Source of the DNA: Lachnospiraceae bacterium
Lineage (GTDB): Bacteria > Bacillota > Clostridia > Lachnospirales > Lachnospiraceae
Direction: 5' to 3'
Length of the DNA: 64,000 bases
Assembly: GCA_016281335.1 (NCBI GenBank)
Contig: JAEEIK010000143.1
Coordinates: 12,436 to 76,435 of the forward strand
This document shows positions 38,309-48,032 of this stretch, piece after piece. Each line of letters begins with the position of its first letter. Within the stretch, counting starts at the first letter, position 1. A program made the translations under genes and the position numbers. The notes under the pieces were generated by a model, which worked only from the letters and a program-made list of their open reading frames with translations, had not been told where the DNA came from and searched no databases.

Positions 38309-39052
38309 ATGGCAGTATCAGGATTAATGGCGAATTTTCAGGATGGTGCTTTTACAGAGTCCACTTCCAGTGCATCATTAAGAAATGCACAGGAGACCAA
38401 GGGCGGCGGTAAGATAGATTCAGAGTCTTTCTTAACACTTCTGGTAGCGGAGATGCAGAACCAGGATCCTTTGGAACCCACATCAAATACAGAGTGGGTA
38501 AGCCAGTATGCTCAGTTTACCCAGACCTCAGCTGTTCAGGAGATAGCTGATTCCATGGGCGGTGTGCAGGCCAACAGCCTGGTCGGCAAGAATGTCATAA
38601 TGAAAGTGACGGAGGCCGCAGGCAATACCAACTATGTGAACGGCATGGTGGAGAGAGTGGGATACGAAGGCGGAAAAGCCTATCTGTATATTGAGGGTAA
38701 TCCTTATTCCATCGATGATCTGGATACGATAATCAGTGACGAATATCTGAAAGCTGATTCTAAGATCAGCGAGATCCATGAACGTATCGCCAAGCTGCCT
38801 GCAGTAAATCTTATTACAGAAGATGACCAGTCCGAGATCTTCGGTATCAGTGAGCTGCTGAGTACGCTCAGCGATTATGAGAAGAGTTTCTTAAGCGGTG
38901 ATGAGATGGATACCATGGCTGAATATCTCAGGAAACTTGCAGAGCTGATCGATGAGAGAAAGGCGTTAGAAGCGGAAGAAACCGAGAATGAGGATCCCAA
39001 GACAGAAGAACCTAAGGATGAAGATAGCGGCGATCCCGTTGTGGAAGGCTAA
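38309..39052 (+). CDS. flgD: Hook capping protein FlgD
   Basis: FLTLLVAEMQNQDPLEP, SQYAQF. Confidence 0.93.
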   Translation: MAVSGLMANFQDGAFTESTSSASLRNAQETKGGGKIDSESFLTLLVAEMQNQDPLEPTSNTEWVSQYAQFTQTSAVQEIADSMGGVQANSLVGKNVIMKVTEAAGNTNYVNGMVERVGYEGGKAYLYIEGNPYSIDDLDTIISDEYLKADSKISEIHERIAKLPAVNLITEDDQSEIFGISELLSTLSDYEKSFLSGDEMDTMAEYLRKLAELIDERKALEAEETENEDPKTEEPKDEDSGDPVVEG

Positions 39053-39058
39053 GGCAAG

Positions 39059-39089
39059 GTATTAAGTATTCGGATATCAGTGCCGATAA
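39059..39089 (+). promoter_or_regulatory. Sigma-28 (FliA/SigD)-type promoter upstream of flgE
   Basis: TAAG-N15-GCCGATAA within GTATTAAGT-N13-TGCCGATAA; arms identical to the fliK promoter. Confidence 0.8.
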
Positions 39090-39111
39090 AGATAATAAGT
39101 AAAACAAAGAG

Positions 39112-39183
39112 GATGGTTTCTCAGGGAAGAGGAACATCAAGAAGGATCTAAGCCCTCCTCAACAAGAAGAATATAAGGAGGGC
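39112..39183 (+). promoter_or_regulatory. Structured flgE leader with an SD-sequestering hairpin
   Basis: gccctcct (39152-39159) pairs with aggagggc (39176-39183), covering the SD; an upstream hairpin spans 39112-39138. Confidence 0.55.
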
Positions 39184-39190
39184 ATCTATT

Positions 39191-40999
39191 ATGATGAGAT
39201 CACTCTACTCCGGCGTTTCGGGGTTAAAGACACACCAGATCAAAATGGACGTTATAGGTAACAACATCGCAAACGTTAACACGGTTGCGTTCAAATCTCA
39301 GTCCATCACTTTTTCCGAATTGATGTATCAGACAACTCAGAAGGCATCGGGCCCCAATGCTGCTACCGGACGTGCAGGTATCAATGCCAAGCAGATCGGT
39401 CTCGGTGTTTCCAGCGCGGCTATATCGACTCAGATAGCTACCCAGGGTTCTTCACAGAATACAGGTAATGCATTTGATCTTCGTATCTCCGGTGATGCAT
39501 TCTTCGTCGTAAACGGCGGTAACGGCAACCAGTTCACCCGTGACGGTTCCTTCTATGTTGACGCTGTAGGTAACCTGGCAATGAGTTCCAACGGTTATAA
39601 CGTAATGGGCTGGCAGGTAAATAAGGACGGCGACATTGTTCAGGATAATGTTTCCAAATTACAGATACTCTCCGAAGAAAATATGACAAGTGAGCCCGCA
39701 GCTACCACCCTGGCTACCATGGAAGGCATCGTTGATAAGAACGATCCCCAGGTACTCAGCAAGGACGGCAAGGTTGTTAACTTGAGCTTTTATGACAAGC
39801 TCGGTTACGCTTATACAGCAAGAATGCGCGTGAACAGCACCGATGAGGAAGGCGTTTACGTATTCAGACTTGAAGATGTGCTAAGCAGCCCCGGAAACGA
39901 GTCAATCAAGGATAAATTCATTCCTTCGATCTTCACAGGCAATGATCCTTCCGGAAACATGGTATATGCAAAGAAGGCAGCTACCTATACGGTGCTTGAC
40001 GGCTATACCCTTGATGCTGCAACAGGTAAGATAACGATAGCTGCACCCGGCAAGACCATAAAGGACGGTGACGGAAATATAATCCAGGACGGCGGTAACG
40101 ATACCTGGACAGAGATAGAGCCTTCTGATTTTATCTCAGGTGAGACCATAAACAATGTATATGTTGCAAATGCGTACGCAAATGCATTCGGTTTTGATAC
40201 CTGGGAAGATATGGCTAACCTTACCGTACAGCAGTACAATGCAAGTAATCCCGAAGGCGAGCCCGTGACCCTTGCAAAGCTTTTAAGCGGAGCTACCCCG
40301 GGTGCTTATCAGGATATAACAAATACGGCTGCCAGCATCTTTGACGGACAGTCTCTTGTAGTTGAAGGCTATGCAACTCCCGCAGGAACCGGCATAAAAG
40401 TAACATATAATCAGACTACAGGTGCTATCACCGGTATCAACGGTTCCACACAGCTGAAGGATTTCAATATAGCCATTCAGCCCAAGGGCGCTGACGGCAA
40501 GCCGGATACATCTCTTGATAATCCTTTTGAACAGATCAGCGTAAATCTTGAGATGACCAGCAACGTTAATAATGAGAAGAAGTCTACCATAGGCGCTACC
40601 AGCGGTGATAAAGAAGGCTACGGCACCGGCTGGGCGGTAGGTACCATGACCGGCGTATCTATCCAGAACAACGGTATGATCTACGGTGCATATGACAACG
40701 GCCAGACCAAACTTCTCGGTCAGATCGCATTCGCAACCTTTGCCAACGCGGCAGGTCTTGAGAAGGATGGAGATAACCTCTATTCAGCAACCCTGAACTC
40801 CGGTGAGTTTGACGGTGTGGGTGTTGATGTTACCGCGCAGGGCGGAAGCGTAAGTTCAGGTATACTGGAAATGTCCAACGTAGACCTTTCCACAGAGTTT
40901 ACCGAACTGATCACCACACAGCGTGGTTTCCAGGCTAACTCCAGGATCATTACCGTATCCGATACACTTTTAGAGGAACTTGTAAACCTTAAGAGATAA
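39191..40999 (+). CDS. flgE: Flagellar hook protein FlgE
   Basis: MMRSLYSGVSGL, GNNIANVNT, TRDGSF, LEMSNVDLSTEF, QRGFQANSRII. Confidence 0.96.
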   Translation: MMRSLYSGVSGLKTHQIKMDVIGNNIANVNTVAFKSQSITFSELMYQTTQKASGPNAATGRAGINAKQIGLGVSSAAISTQIATQGSSQNTGNAFDLRISGDAFFVVNGGNGNQFTRDGSFYVDAVGNLAMSSNGYNVMGWQVNKDGDIVQDNVSKLQILSEENMTSEPAATTLATMEGIVDKNDPQVLSKDGKVVNLSFYDKLGYAYTARMRVNSTDEEGVYVFRLEDVLSSPGNESIKDKFIPSIFTGNDPSGNMVYAKKAATYTVLDGYTLDAATGKITIAAPGKTIKDGDGNIIQDGGNDTWTEIEPSDFISGETINNVYVANAYANAFGFDTWEDMANLTVQQYNASNPEGEPVTLAKLLSGATPGAYQDITNTAASIFDGQSLVVEGYATPAGTGIKVTYNQTTGAITGINGSTQLKDFNIAIQPKGADGKPDTSLDNPFEQISVNLEMTSNVNNEKKSTIGATSGDKEGYGTGWAVGTMTGVSIQNNGMIYGAYDNGQTKLLGQIAFATFANAAGLEKDGDNLYSATLNSGEFDGVGVDVTAQGGSVSSGILEMSNVDLSTEFTELITTQRGFQANSRIITVSDTLLEELVNLKR

Positions 41000-41005
41000 T
41001 AAAAG

Positions 41006-41197
41006 ATGATCGAAGTGACCAGACTTAACGGCACGGTAGTCATGATCAATCCCGACTATATAGAGTGCGTGGAAGAGACTCCGGATACGGTGCTCACCAT
41101 GACTACCGGTCGTAAATTGATAATAAAAGAGAGTAGACAAGAAGTAAAAAATTTAGTAAAATCATATATGCGCGAGATAAACGGCGTGGAAGGATGA
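41006..41197 (+). CDS. flbD: Flagellar FlbD (SwrD-like) family protein
   Basis: MIEVTRLNG...INPD.IE.VEETPDTV. Confidence 0.9.
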   Translation: MIEVTRLNGTVVMINPDYIECVEETPDTVLTMTTGRKLIIKESRQEVKNLVKSYMREINGVEG

Positions 41198-41220
41198 CTC
41201 ACATCCTTCCGCCGCTTTTG
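41182..41220 (+). terminator. Probable intrinsic terminator after flbD
   Basis: 9-bp stem ggaaggatg/catccttcc plus outer cggc/gccg, followed by cttttg. Confidence 0.5.
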
Positions 41221-41281
41221 TGCGTATTTGAGGGGAAGGCTGTTTACAATAAAGCTTTTATTGTAAAGGAAGATAAGCGTT

Positions 41282-42076
41282 ATGGATATTGCTTCACTAT
41301 TAGGACTTATAATATGTTTCTTTATGATCCTCTTCGGTATCGTTTTCGGTAAGAACGGTGTCGATTTTGGAGCTATAAAGAATTTCCTTGATGCACAGTC
41401 GGCGATCATCACCTTCGGTGGCGCTTTTTGTGCTATCATGCTTGCAAACCAGATGCCCAAGTTCGTTGCCGGTCTTAAGAGTTTCCCGATGATCTTCAAG
41501 GCGCCTGCATTAAATCCCGTAGACATGATAAAGAAGATAATAGAGCTTTCCAACGTGGCCCGTAAAGAAGGTCTGCTTTCGCTGGAAGAAGCTGCTTCAG
41601 ATATAGATGATGCTTTTTTGAAAAAAGGCATATTGCTTATAGTCGACGGTACCGATCCGGAACTGGTGCGCGCCATCATGGAGACGGAGATGAGCGCTAC
41701 CGAAGGCAGACATAAGGAGAAAATAAAATTCTGGGAGAACGTAGCATCCATGGGACCTGCTTGGGGTATGATCGGTACCCTGATAGGTCTTATAAACATG
41801 CTCCAGAACATGTCGGATGCCGCGGCCATCGGTCCTTCCATGGCAGTCGCCCTGATAACCACCCTGTACGGCTCCATGCTGGCCAACTGGATAGCTACTC
41901 CCTGTTCGATGAAGCTGGGAGTATTTAATGATGCAGAGATGCAGGTAAAAGAGATAATGGTGGAGGGTCTTCTGTCCATACAGGCAGGAGAGAACCCCAG
42001 AGTTATAGAAGAAAAGCTGAAATCCTTCCTGGCACCTAAGGACAGGCCTACCGGCGAAGATGAAGGAGGTGAGTAA
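41282..42076 (+). CDS. motA: Stator protein MotA
   Basis: ARKEGLLSLE, GPAWGMIGTLIGL, ALITTLYG, GENPR. Confidence 0.96.
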   Translation: MDIASLLGLIICFFMILFGIVFGKNGVDFGAIKNFLDAQSAIITFGGAFCAIMLANQMPKFVAGLKSFPMIFKAPALNPVDMIKKIIELSNVARKEGLLSLEEAASDIDDAFLKKGILLIVDGTDPELVRAIMETEMSATEGRHKEKIKFWENVASMGPAWGMIGTLIGLINMLQNMSDAAAIGPSMAVALITTLYGSMLANWIATPCSMKLGVFNDAEMQVKEIMVEGLLSIQAGENPRVIEEKLKSFLAPKDRPTGEDEGGE

Positions 42077-42078
42077 AA

Positions 42079-42876
42079 GTGGCTAAGAAAAAGCAGGAAG
42101 ATCCGCCTGCCGGTTCCCCGGCGTGGATGGCGACTTTCTCGGATCTGATGAACCTGCTGCTCTGTTTCTTCGTGCTGCTTTTCTCCATGTCTTCGGTGGA
42201 TGAGAAAAAGTGGGAGGAGGTAGCAGCTTCCTTTTCACAGACTTTTTCCGTATTTAAGAACGGCGCTACTGCCATAGGCGAAGGTCTGCTCATCAGTAAC
42301 GGTGTAAGCCAGTTAAACCAGCTGGATGAATATATCAATTCGACAGGTAAGTCTGCAGAAGATATAGAAGAAGCTACTGATATACTTGCGGAAGTTGAAA
42401 AGCAGAAGATGGAAGCTTCCGAAGAACTGTCCGAAAAGGTGGAAGAAGCACTTGAGGAATCAGGACTCGATGATGTGATAGAGATGGATTTTACCTCGCA
42501 ATATGTGCAATTGACCATAAACGGCGCACTGTTGTTTGCTTCGGGAAGCGCTGATCTTTCCGGTGAAGCGGCAGAAGTGCTTTCGCAGGTCGGCATCATT
42601 CTTGAGAGATATGCCGATTCTACTATAGAGATAGAGGGACATACGGATTCGGTACCCATGCATTCCGCAAGATTTGCAAGCAATAACGAACTGTCGGATG
42701 CCAGAGCACTCAGTGTATTTTATTATCTGATAGAAAACACCAATCTGGATCCGGCTATCATTAAGCATTCGGGAAGAGGAGAGTATCTGCCGGTGGCGGA
42801 TAATGCCACCCCGGAAGGACGTGCACTGAACAGGCGCGTGGAGATCAAGATCTATAATAATCTCAGCGATTATTAG
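42079..42876 (+). CDS. motB: Stator protein MotB
   Basis: WMATFSDLMNLLLCFFVLL with the conserved Asp; OmpA-like domain GHTD..NRRVEI. Confidence 0.96.
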   Translation: MAKKKQEDPPAGSPAWMATFSDLMNLLLCFFVLLFSMSSVDEKKWEEVAASFSQTFSVFKNGATAIGEGLLISNGVSQLNQLDEYINSTGKSAEDIEEATDILAEVEKQKMEASEELSEKVEEALEESGLDDVIEMDFTSQYVQLTINGALLFASGSADLSGEAAEVLSQVGIILERYADSTIEIEGHTDSVPMHSARFASNNELSDARALSVFYYLIENTNLDPAIIKHSGRGEYLPVADNATPEGRALNRRVEIKIYNNLSDY

Positions 42877-42891
42877 GAGGAGAATAAACAG

Positions 42892-43413
42892 ATGAAAAAA
42901 AACCTTTTATCTCTGGTGATTTTATCACTGCTGATAGTTAACATCGTACTTAATGTCGTTGTGTTGCTCAGTGTTACCGGAACCAATAAGAAGACGGCTG
43001 CGATAGTCACCGATATAGCAGGCATCCTCGACATAGAGCTTGACAGGGGCGGCAACGGTCCGTCTACGGGAGTATCGATGGCGGATACCGAGACTTATTC
43101 CATACCTGATCAGATGACAATAACGCTTAAGAGGGAAGCGGGAGAAAGCAAGGATACATACTGTATAGTAAATGTGGAATTGCTTTTAAACAAGACGCAT
43201 GAAGACTATGCTACTTACGGAAGCGAAGAGCAACTGGCCGGAAGCATCGGGCTTATCAAGAGTGAGATCATTTCCGTTATATCTCAGTACACTGCAGCAG
43301 AAGTCAGAAACGGCCAGGATATGATCTGCGATGAGATATTAAAGCGCATACAGAATATGTACGGTTCGGATTTTATCTATAAGGTTGCGTTCTCGAATAT
43401 AATGTACGGTTGA
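42892..43413 (+). CDS. fliL: FliL
   Basis: N-terminal TM helix; position between motB and fliM. Confidence 0.85.
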   Translation: MKKNLLSLVILSLLIVNIVLNVVVLLSVTGTNKKTAAIVTDIAGILDIELDRGGNGPSTGVSMADTETYSIPDQMTITLKREAGESKDTYCIVNVELLLNKTHEDYATYGSEEQLAGSIGLIKSEIISVISQYTAAEVRNGQDMICDEILKRIQNMYGSDFIYKVAFSNIMYG

Positions 43414-43450
43414 TCGTACTCAGAAGGAATAAGCGAGGTGATAGTTAAAG

Positions 43451-44476
43451 GTGGGTGATGTCCTCTCACAAGAGGAAATAGATAATCTGCTCAACGCCTT
43501 AAACAGCGGTGACGTGGATGTGGAGGAAATGAAGAATGCGGACGACCGCGCGGTCAAGAATTATGACTTTAAGCGCCCGGCCAAGTTCTCCAAGGAGCAT
43601 CTGCGCACTCTTGAACTGATATTTGAGCACTACGGACGACTGCTTTCCACCAACCTGCCGGTATATTTAAGGAAAAATGTGCAGGTCAGCGTTGTCAGTT
43701 CCGAGACCGTTACCTTTAACGAATTTACAAATGCGCTTTCCAATCCGGTGATCCTGGGAATAGTTAATTTCCAGCCTTTGAACGGAAATATATTGCTGGA
43801 TCTGACATCAACGGTAGGATATGCTTTTATAGACAGGATGCTCGGAGGCCAGGGGGAACCCCTGGACAAAGTGCGTGAGTTTTCCGAGATTGAGATGGGG
43901 ATACTTTATAAGCTTCTTACCGTGAGTTCACAGCTGCTTCGTGAACCCTGGAAAAACGTTATAGAAGTGGAACCCATACTTGACAGGATAGAGACCAATA
44001 CACAGTTTGCGCAGATAATCGCGCCCAATGAAATGATCGCGATCGTCACCCTCAATATTAAGATGGGCGATGTGGAAGGCTTCATGAATGTCTGTATTCC
44101 GTATATGACGATAGAGACGATCATTGATAACCTGAATACAAAGTTCTGGTTCACCAGTATGAAAGCCATCGATAACGATGACTATAAGCAGGATCTGGAG
44201 TCACTGTTAAGAAAGGTACAGGTACCTGTCAAAGCGGTACTCGGCAAGAGCCAGATAGCTGTCAGTGACTGGCTGGGACTTCAGGTTGGAGATATTATCA
44301 GACTTGAACGCCACGTGGACAATGAACTTGATGTATACGTGGGGATGTATAAAAAGTTTTCGGCTGTGCCGGGAACCAATAAGGACCGTTATGCAGTGCG
44401 AGTGACCAGCGTATATCGCGAAGATGAGGCGGATGGCGGCAGGCAGTCCCGAGAACAAGAAGAGGAGGAACAGTAA
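43451..44476 (+). CDS. fliM: Motor switch protein FliM
   Basis: VLSQEEIDNLL, YDFKRP.KFSKE, C-terminal SpoA domain. Confidence 0.96.
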   Translation: MGDVLSQEEIDNLLNALNSGDVDVEEMKNADDRAVKNYDFKRPAKFSKEHLRTLELIFEHYGRLLSTNLPVYLRKNVQVSVVSSETVTFNEFTNALSNPVILGIVNFQPLNGNILLDLTSTVGYAFIDRMLGGQGEPLDKVREFSEIEMGILYKLLTVSSQLLREPWKNVIEVEPILDRIETNTQFAQIIAPNEMIAIVTLNIKMGDVEGFMNVCIPYMTIETIIDNLNTKFWFTSMKAIDNDDYKQDLESLLRKVQVPVKAVLGKSQIAVSDWLGLQVGDIIRLERHVDNELDVYVGMYKKFSAVPGTNKDRYAVRVTSVYREDEADGGRQSREQEEEEQ

Positions 44477-44479
44477 TAA

Positions 44480-45691
44480 ATGGATGGTATGCTTTCACAA
44501 GATGAGATAAATGCCCTCCTCAACGGTATGGATCTTGGTGATTCCGGCAGCTCTGACGGCGCGGGAACAGCGGCTGCTTCCGGAGATTCAGGCATAGACC
44601 AGAGCCTGCTTTCCGATATAGAAAGAGATGCCATAGGCGAGATCGCAAATATAAGCATGGGAACCAGTGCTACAACGCTTTTTTCACTGGTAAACCAGAA
44701 GGTTGATATAACAACTCCCAAGGTATCCCTTGCCAATTGGGATAACGTACTTCAGGATTATCCGGCTCCCTGCGTATTTGTAGAGATCCAGTATACTACC
44801 GGACTTGAAGGCTCCAATATACTGATCCTCGAGGAGAGGGATGTTAAGATAATTACCGATCTGATGATGGGCGGAGACGGCACCAATGTTGACACAGAGC
44901 TCGGTGAACTTCATCTCTCGGCTATATCCGAGGCTATGAATCAGATGATGGGCTCATCAGCTACTTCGCTTTCATCCATGATGGGAAAGAAGATCGATAT
45001 CTCACCCCCTGTCGCAAGTCTGGTTAAGATAAATGAAATGGTCAACGAGGGAAGGATTCCGGTCTTTACTGATTCGACCTTTGTTAAGATAGAATTCCGT
45101 ATGCAGATCGGAGATCTTATAGATTCCACGATCATGCAGCTTTATCCGGTTGATTTTGCCAAGTCATTATATGAGATATTTATGGGGAATTCAGGACTCG
45201 GCGCAGCGCCGGGACCGGCCCCCGAAGAAGTATCGGCACCTGATATGCCGGCAATCTCGGAAGCTATACCGACACCGGCACCTCAGCCTCAGGCGGCTCC
45301 TCAGCCCCAGGCGGCGCCGGAACCCATTCCATATGGAGGATATGGTATGCCTATGCAACCTCAAATGCCGCAGATGATGCCAATGCAGCCGCAGATGAGT
45401 GCCCAGCCGGCACAGTTCGGCGCTTTCACTCCCGAGATGGCAGCAATGATAGGCCAGGAAAATATCGGGCTTATCATGGATGTGCCCCTGGAGGTTACCG
45501 TTGAACTGGGCAGGACATCCAAGACCATTCACGAGATACTGGATTTTGCACCCGGTACGATAATCGAACTTGAAAAGATAGCCGGTGAGCCAATTGACGT
45601 ACTTGTGAACGGAAAGTTTGTAGCCAAGGGAGAAGTGGTAGTCATCGAAGAAAGCTTTGGCGTAAGGATCACGGAGATCATTAAAGACTGA
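44480..45691 (+). CDS. fliY: Motor switch phosphatase FliY
   Basis: MLSQDEINALL, CheC-like EIANI and EAMNQM, C-terminal FliN domain (GEVVVIEESFGVRIT). Confidence 0.95.
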   Translation: MDGMLSQDEINALLNGMDLGDSGSSDGAGTAAASGDSGIDQSLLSDIERDAIGEIANISMGTSATTLFSLVNQKVDITTPKVSLANWDNVLQDYPAPCVFVEIQYTTGLEGSNILILEERDVKIITDLMMGGDGTNVDTELGELHLSAISEAMNQMMGSSATSLSSMMGKKIDISPPVASLVKINEMVNEGRIPVFTDSTFVKIEFRMQIGDLIDSTIMQLYPVDFAKSLYEIFMGNSGLGAAPGPAPEEVSAPDMPAISEAIPTPAPQPQAAPQPQAAPEPIPYGGYGMPMQPQMPQMMPMQPQMSAQPAQFGAFTPEMAAMIGQENIGLIMDVPLEVTVELGRTSKTIHEILDFAPGTIIELEKIAGEPIDVLVNGKFVAKGEVVVIEESFGVRITEIIKD

Positions 45692-46098
45692 TGATGGTTT
45701 ATAAGCTTTGGACATTGGCCGGGAATGTTTCCGGCAACAGTGCGCCTAAAGGAAGCAGCATAAGCGGAGTAAACAGCTTTGCCAGGTTTCTCACCCTCTT
45801 GGTGATATTTGTGATAGTCCTGGCAATAACATATTTTTCGACACGTTTTTTGGCAAAGAACCAGAGCGGGACAACACGCGCGGCCAATATGCATGTATGT
45901 GAGACACTGCAGCTGGCACCGGGGAGATACCTGCAGATAGTGAGGGTTGGAAAGAAATATTATCTGATCGGAACAGGTAAAGACAGTATTAATTTTATGA
46001 CCGAACTCGATGATGATATGGAGTTTTCGGAACGCGAACTTCCGGGCTTTTCGGATATACTTGAGAGATTTAAGAAGAAGAAAGAAGAGGATGGATGA
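45691..46098 (+). CDS. fliO: FliO/FliZ
   Basis: TM helix followed by ETLQLAPGRYLQIVRVG. Confidence 0.88.
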   Translation: MMVYKLWTLAGNVSGNSAPKGSSISGVNSFARFLTLLVIFVIVLAITYFSTRFLAKNQSGTTRAANMHVCETLQLAPGRYLQIVRVGKKYYLIGTGKDSINFMTELDDDMEFSERELPGFSDILERFKKKKEEDG

Positions 46099-46946
46099 AA
46101 ACTGCGAAGTTTTGGAAAGCGATATGCCTGCTACTTGTAGTAGGCATTACGTGTTTTATGATACCTTTGAGCGTTCATGCATCCGATACCGACAATAACG
46201 GTGATACGGATGAAAGGACCTACGAGGAGGCACCGGGCAGTGCCGAGGACGGCGATGACCTGACTAAGCTCAATGTCGGCAATACGGTGACCATAGAACT
46301 GAATAACGGAAACGGAAGCATAAACGGCGCGCTGCAGATAGTGTTCATACTGACCGGCATAGCGCTGATACCTTTTCTGCTTCTGGTGCTTACGTCTTTT
46401 ACGCGCATCATTATCGTGCTGCATTTTACCAGACAGGCCCTAAATACGCAGACGGCCCCGCCCAATATGGTGCTGATCGGACTGGCTATGTTCCTCACGG
46501 TCTATATAATGAGCCCTGTATTTATGCAGATCTATAATGATGCGATAGTGCCGATGAATGAAGGCAGCATTGAACTTGAAGAAGCCTTTGATCTCGGAGT
46601 CAAACCCTTAAGGGAGTATATGTATCCGCAGACTCAGGTCAAGGATACTTCGGTGTTCATGGAGATAGCGGGCTTTGACAGCTGGAGCGGGGATCCGGAA
46701 GAAGTGCCCTTAAGAGTTCTGATCCCGGCATATATACTTAGCGAATTAAGGACGGCATTTATTATCGGTTTCCTGATCTATATTCCGTTCCTTATCATTG
46801 ACATGGTGGTGGCCAGTGTTCTTATGAGTATGGGTATGATGATGCTGCCACCCACAACTATATCCATGCCCTTTAAGATACTGCTATTTGTGCTGGCAGA
46901 TGGCTGGAACCTGATAATCGTGAATCTTGTGAGGACGTTTGTTTAA
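46095..46946 (+). CDS. fliP: Export gate protein FliP
   Basis: TSFTRIIIVL, QTAPPN, MGMMMLPP, FVLADGW. Confidence 0.97.
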   Translation: MKTAKFWKAICLLLVVGITCFMIPLSVHASDTDNNGDTDERTYEEAPGSAEDGDDLTKLNVGNTVTIELNNGNGSINGALQIVFILTGIALIPFLLLVLTSFTRIIIVLHFTRQALNTQTAPPNMVLIGLAMFLTVYIMSPVFMQIYNDAIVPMNEGSIELEEAFDLGVKPLREYMYPQTQVKDTSVFMEIAGFDSWSGDPEEVPLRVLIPAYILSELRTAFIIGFLIYIPFLIIDMVVASVLMSMGMMMLPPTTISMPFKILLFVLADGWNLIIVNLVRTFV

Positions 46947-46963
46947 AAAACGGGAGAAATCAT

Positions 46964-47233
46964 ATGAGTATTGATACCGTAACAGAGATAATATCCGGTG
47001 CGATGTACGTGGTGATAATCACGGTGGCTCCGCCATTGCTGATATCCCTGATCGTAGGACTCATAATCAGTATATTTCAGACAGTTACTTCCATACAGGA
47101 GCAGACGCTGACTTTTGTGCCGAAAGTACTGTCCATTTTTCTTGTGCTGATAGTTGCAGGAGGCTGGATGCTTAATAATATCATCACGTATATGGAAAAC
47201 CTGTGGGCTGATTTTTCGATATATATCAGGTGA
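46964..47233 (+). CDS. fliQ: Export gate protein FliQ
   Basis: FQTVTSIQEQTLTFVPK. Confidence 0.97.
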   Translation: MSIDTVTEIISGAMYVVIITVAPPLLISLIVGLIISIFQTVTSIQEQTLTFVPKVLSIFLVLIVAGGWMLNNIITYMENLWADFSIYIR

Positions 47234-47237
47234 GCAT

Positions 47238-48032
47238 ATGAATGTGGATTTTTCGGTGCCGCTTCAGGAACTTGAATATTATCTGCTGATACTTGTAAGG
47301 GTTGTGTCCTTTGTGGGTGTGGCTCCTTTTTTCAATACGAACAATACGCCCAGACCTATAAAGATCTGGTTCTCAGCTATAGTTGCCTTTCTTCTGTATG
47401 AGGTGATCACGCCGCATGTATACGCGGAGTATACGACGCTGCTCGGATATGCAGCCTGTGTACTGAAAGAAATGCTGACGGGGCTTCTGATAGGATTTAC
47501 GGCTAATGTAGCCACTATGGTCACGACCTTCGCCGGACAGCTTGTGGATAATAACATAGGCTTTTCCATGGCGGCGCAGATGGATCCGGTTACACAACAG
47601 AATACTACCGTGAGCGGATATATCTATCAATACGGTTTTATGCTGATATTTATAGTGTCCGGTATGTACAGATACCTGATAGAAGCTCTGGCAGATACCT
47701 TTAAGCTGATACCGGTAAACGGGGCGGTATTTAACATTGAGCTTATGTACGGCAGTTTTGTAGAAATGATAACCCAGTACGTTGTGCTTGGATTCAGGAT
47801 CGCCCTGCCTGTTTTTTCGGTGATACTGATATTGAACGGACTGCTGGGCGTTATGGCCAAGGTGTCACCGCAGATGAACATGTTTTCTGTTGGTATCCAG
47901 ATCAAAGCTTTTGTCGGTCTGACGGTGATGTGGGCGACGATAAGGCTGTTGCCTAAAGCAAACGAAATGATATATGAGCATATGCAGAGATCGATAGTAA
48001 CGATGATCAAAGCCATGGGAGGCGGAGTATAG
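47238..48032 (+). CDS. fliR: Export gate protein FliR
   Basis: LVRVVSF..APFF, AGQLVD..IGF, PQMNMF; start moved to ATG 47238. Confidence 0.95.
   Translation: MNVDFSVPLQELEYYLLILVRVVSFVGVAPFFNTNNTPRPIKIWFSAIVAFLLYEVITPHVYAEYTTLLGYAACVLKEMLTGLLIGFTANVATMVTTFAGQLVDNNIGFSMAAQMDPVTQQNTTVSGYIYQYGFMLIFIVSGMYRYLIEALADTFKLIPVNGAVFNIELMYGSFVEMITQYVVLGFRIALPVFSVILILNGLLGVMAKVSPQMNMFSVGIQIKAFVGLTVMWATIRLLPKANEMIYEHMQRSIVTMIKAMGGGV

Noticed and set aside
41201-41243. Possible third REP-like copy ending in aggggaaggctg
   Set aside because: Only the 3' 12 nt match copy 1; the CCTCATC head and both stems are absent.
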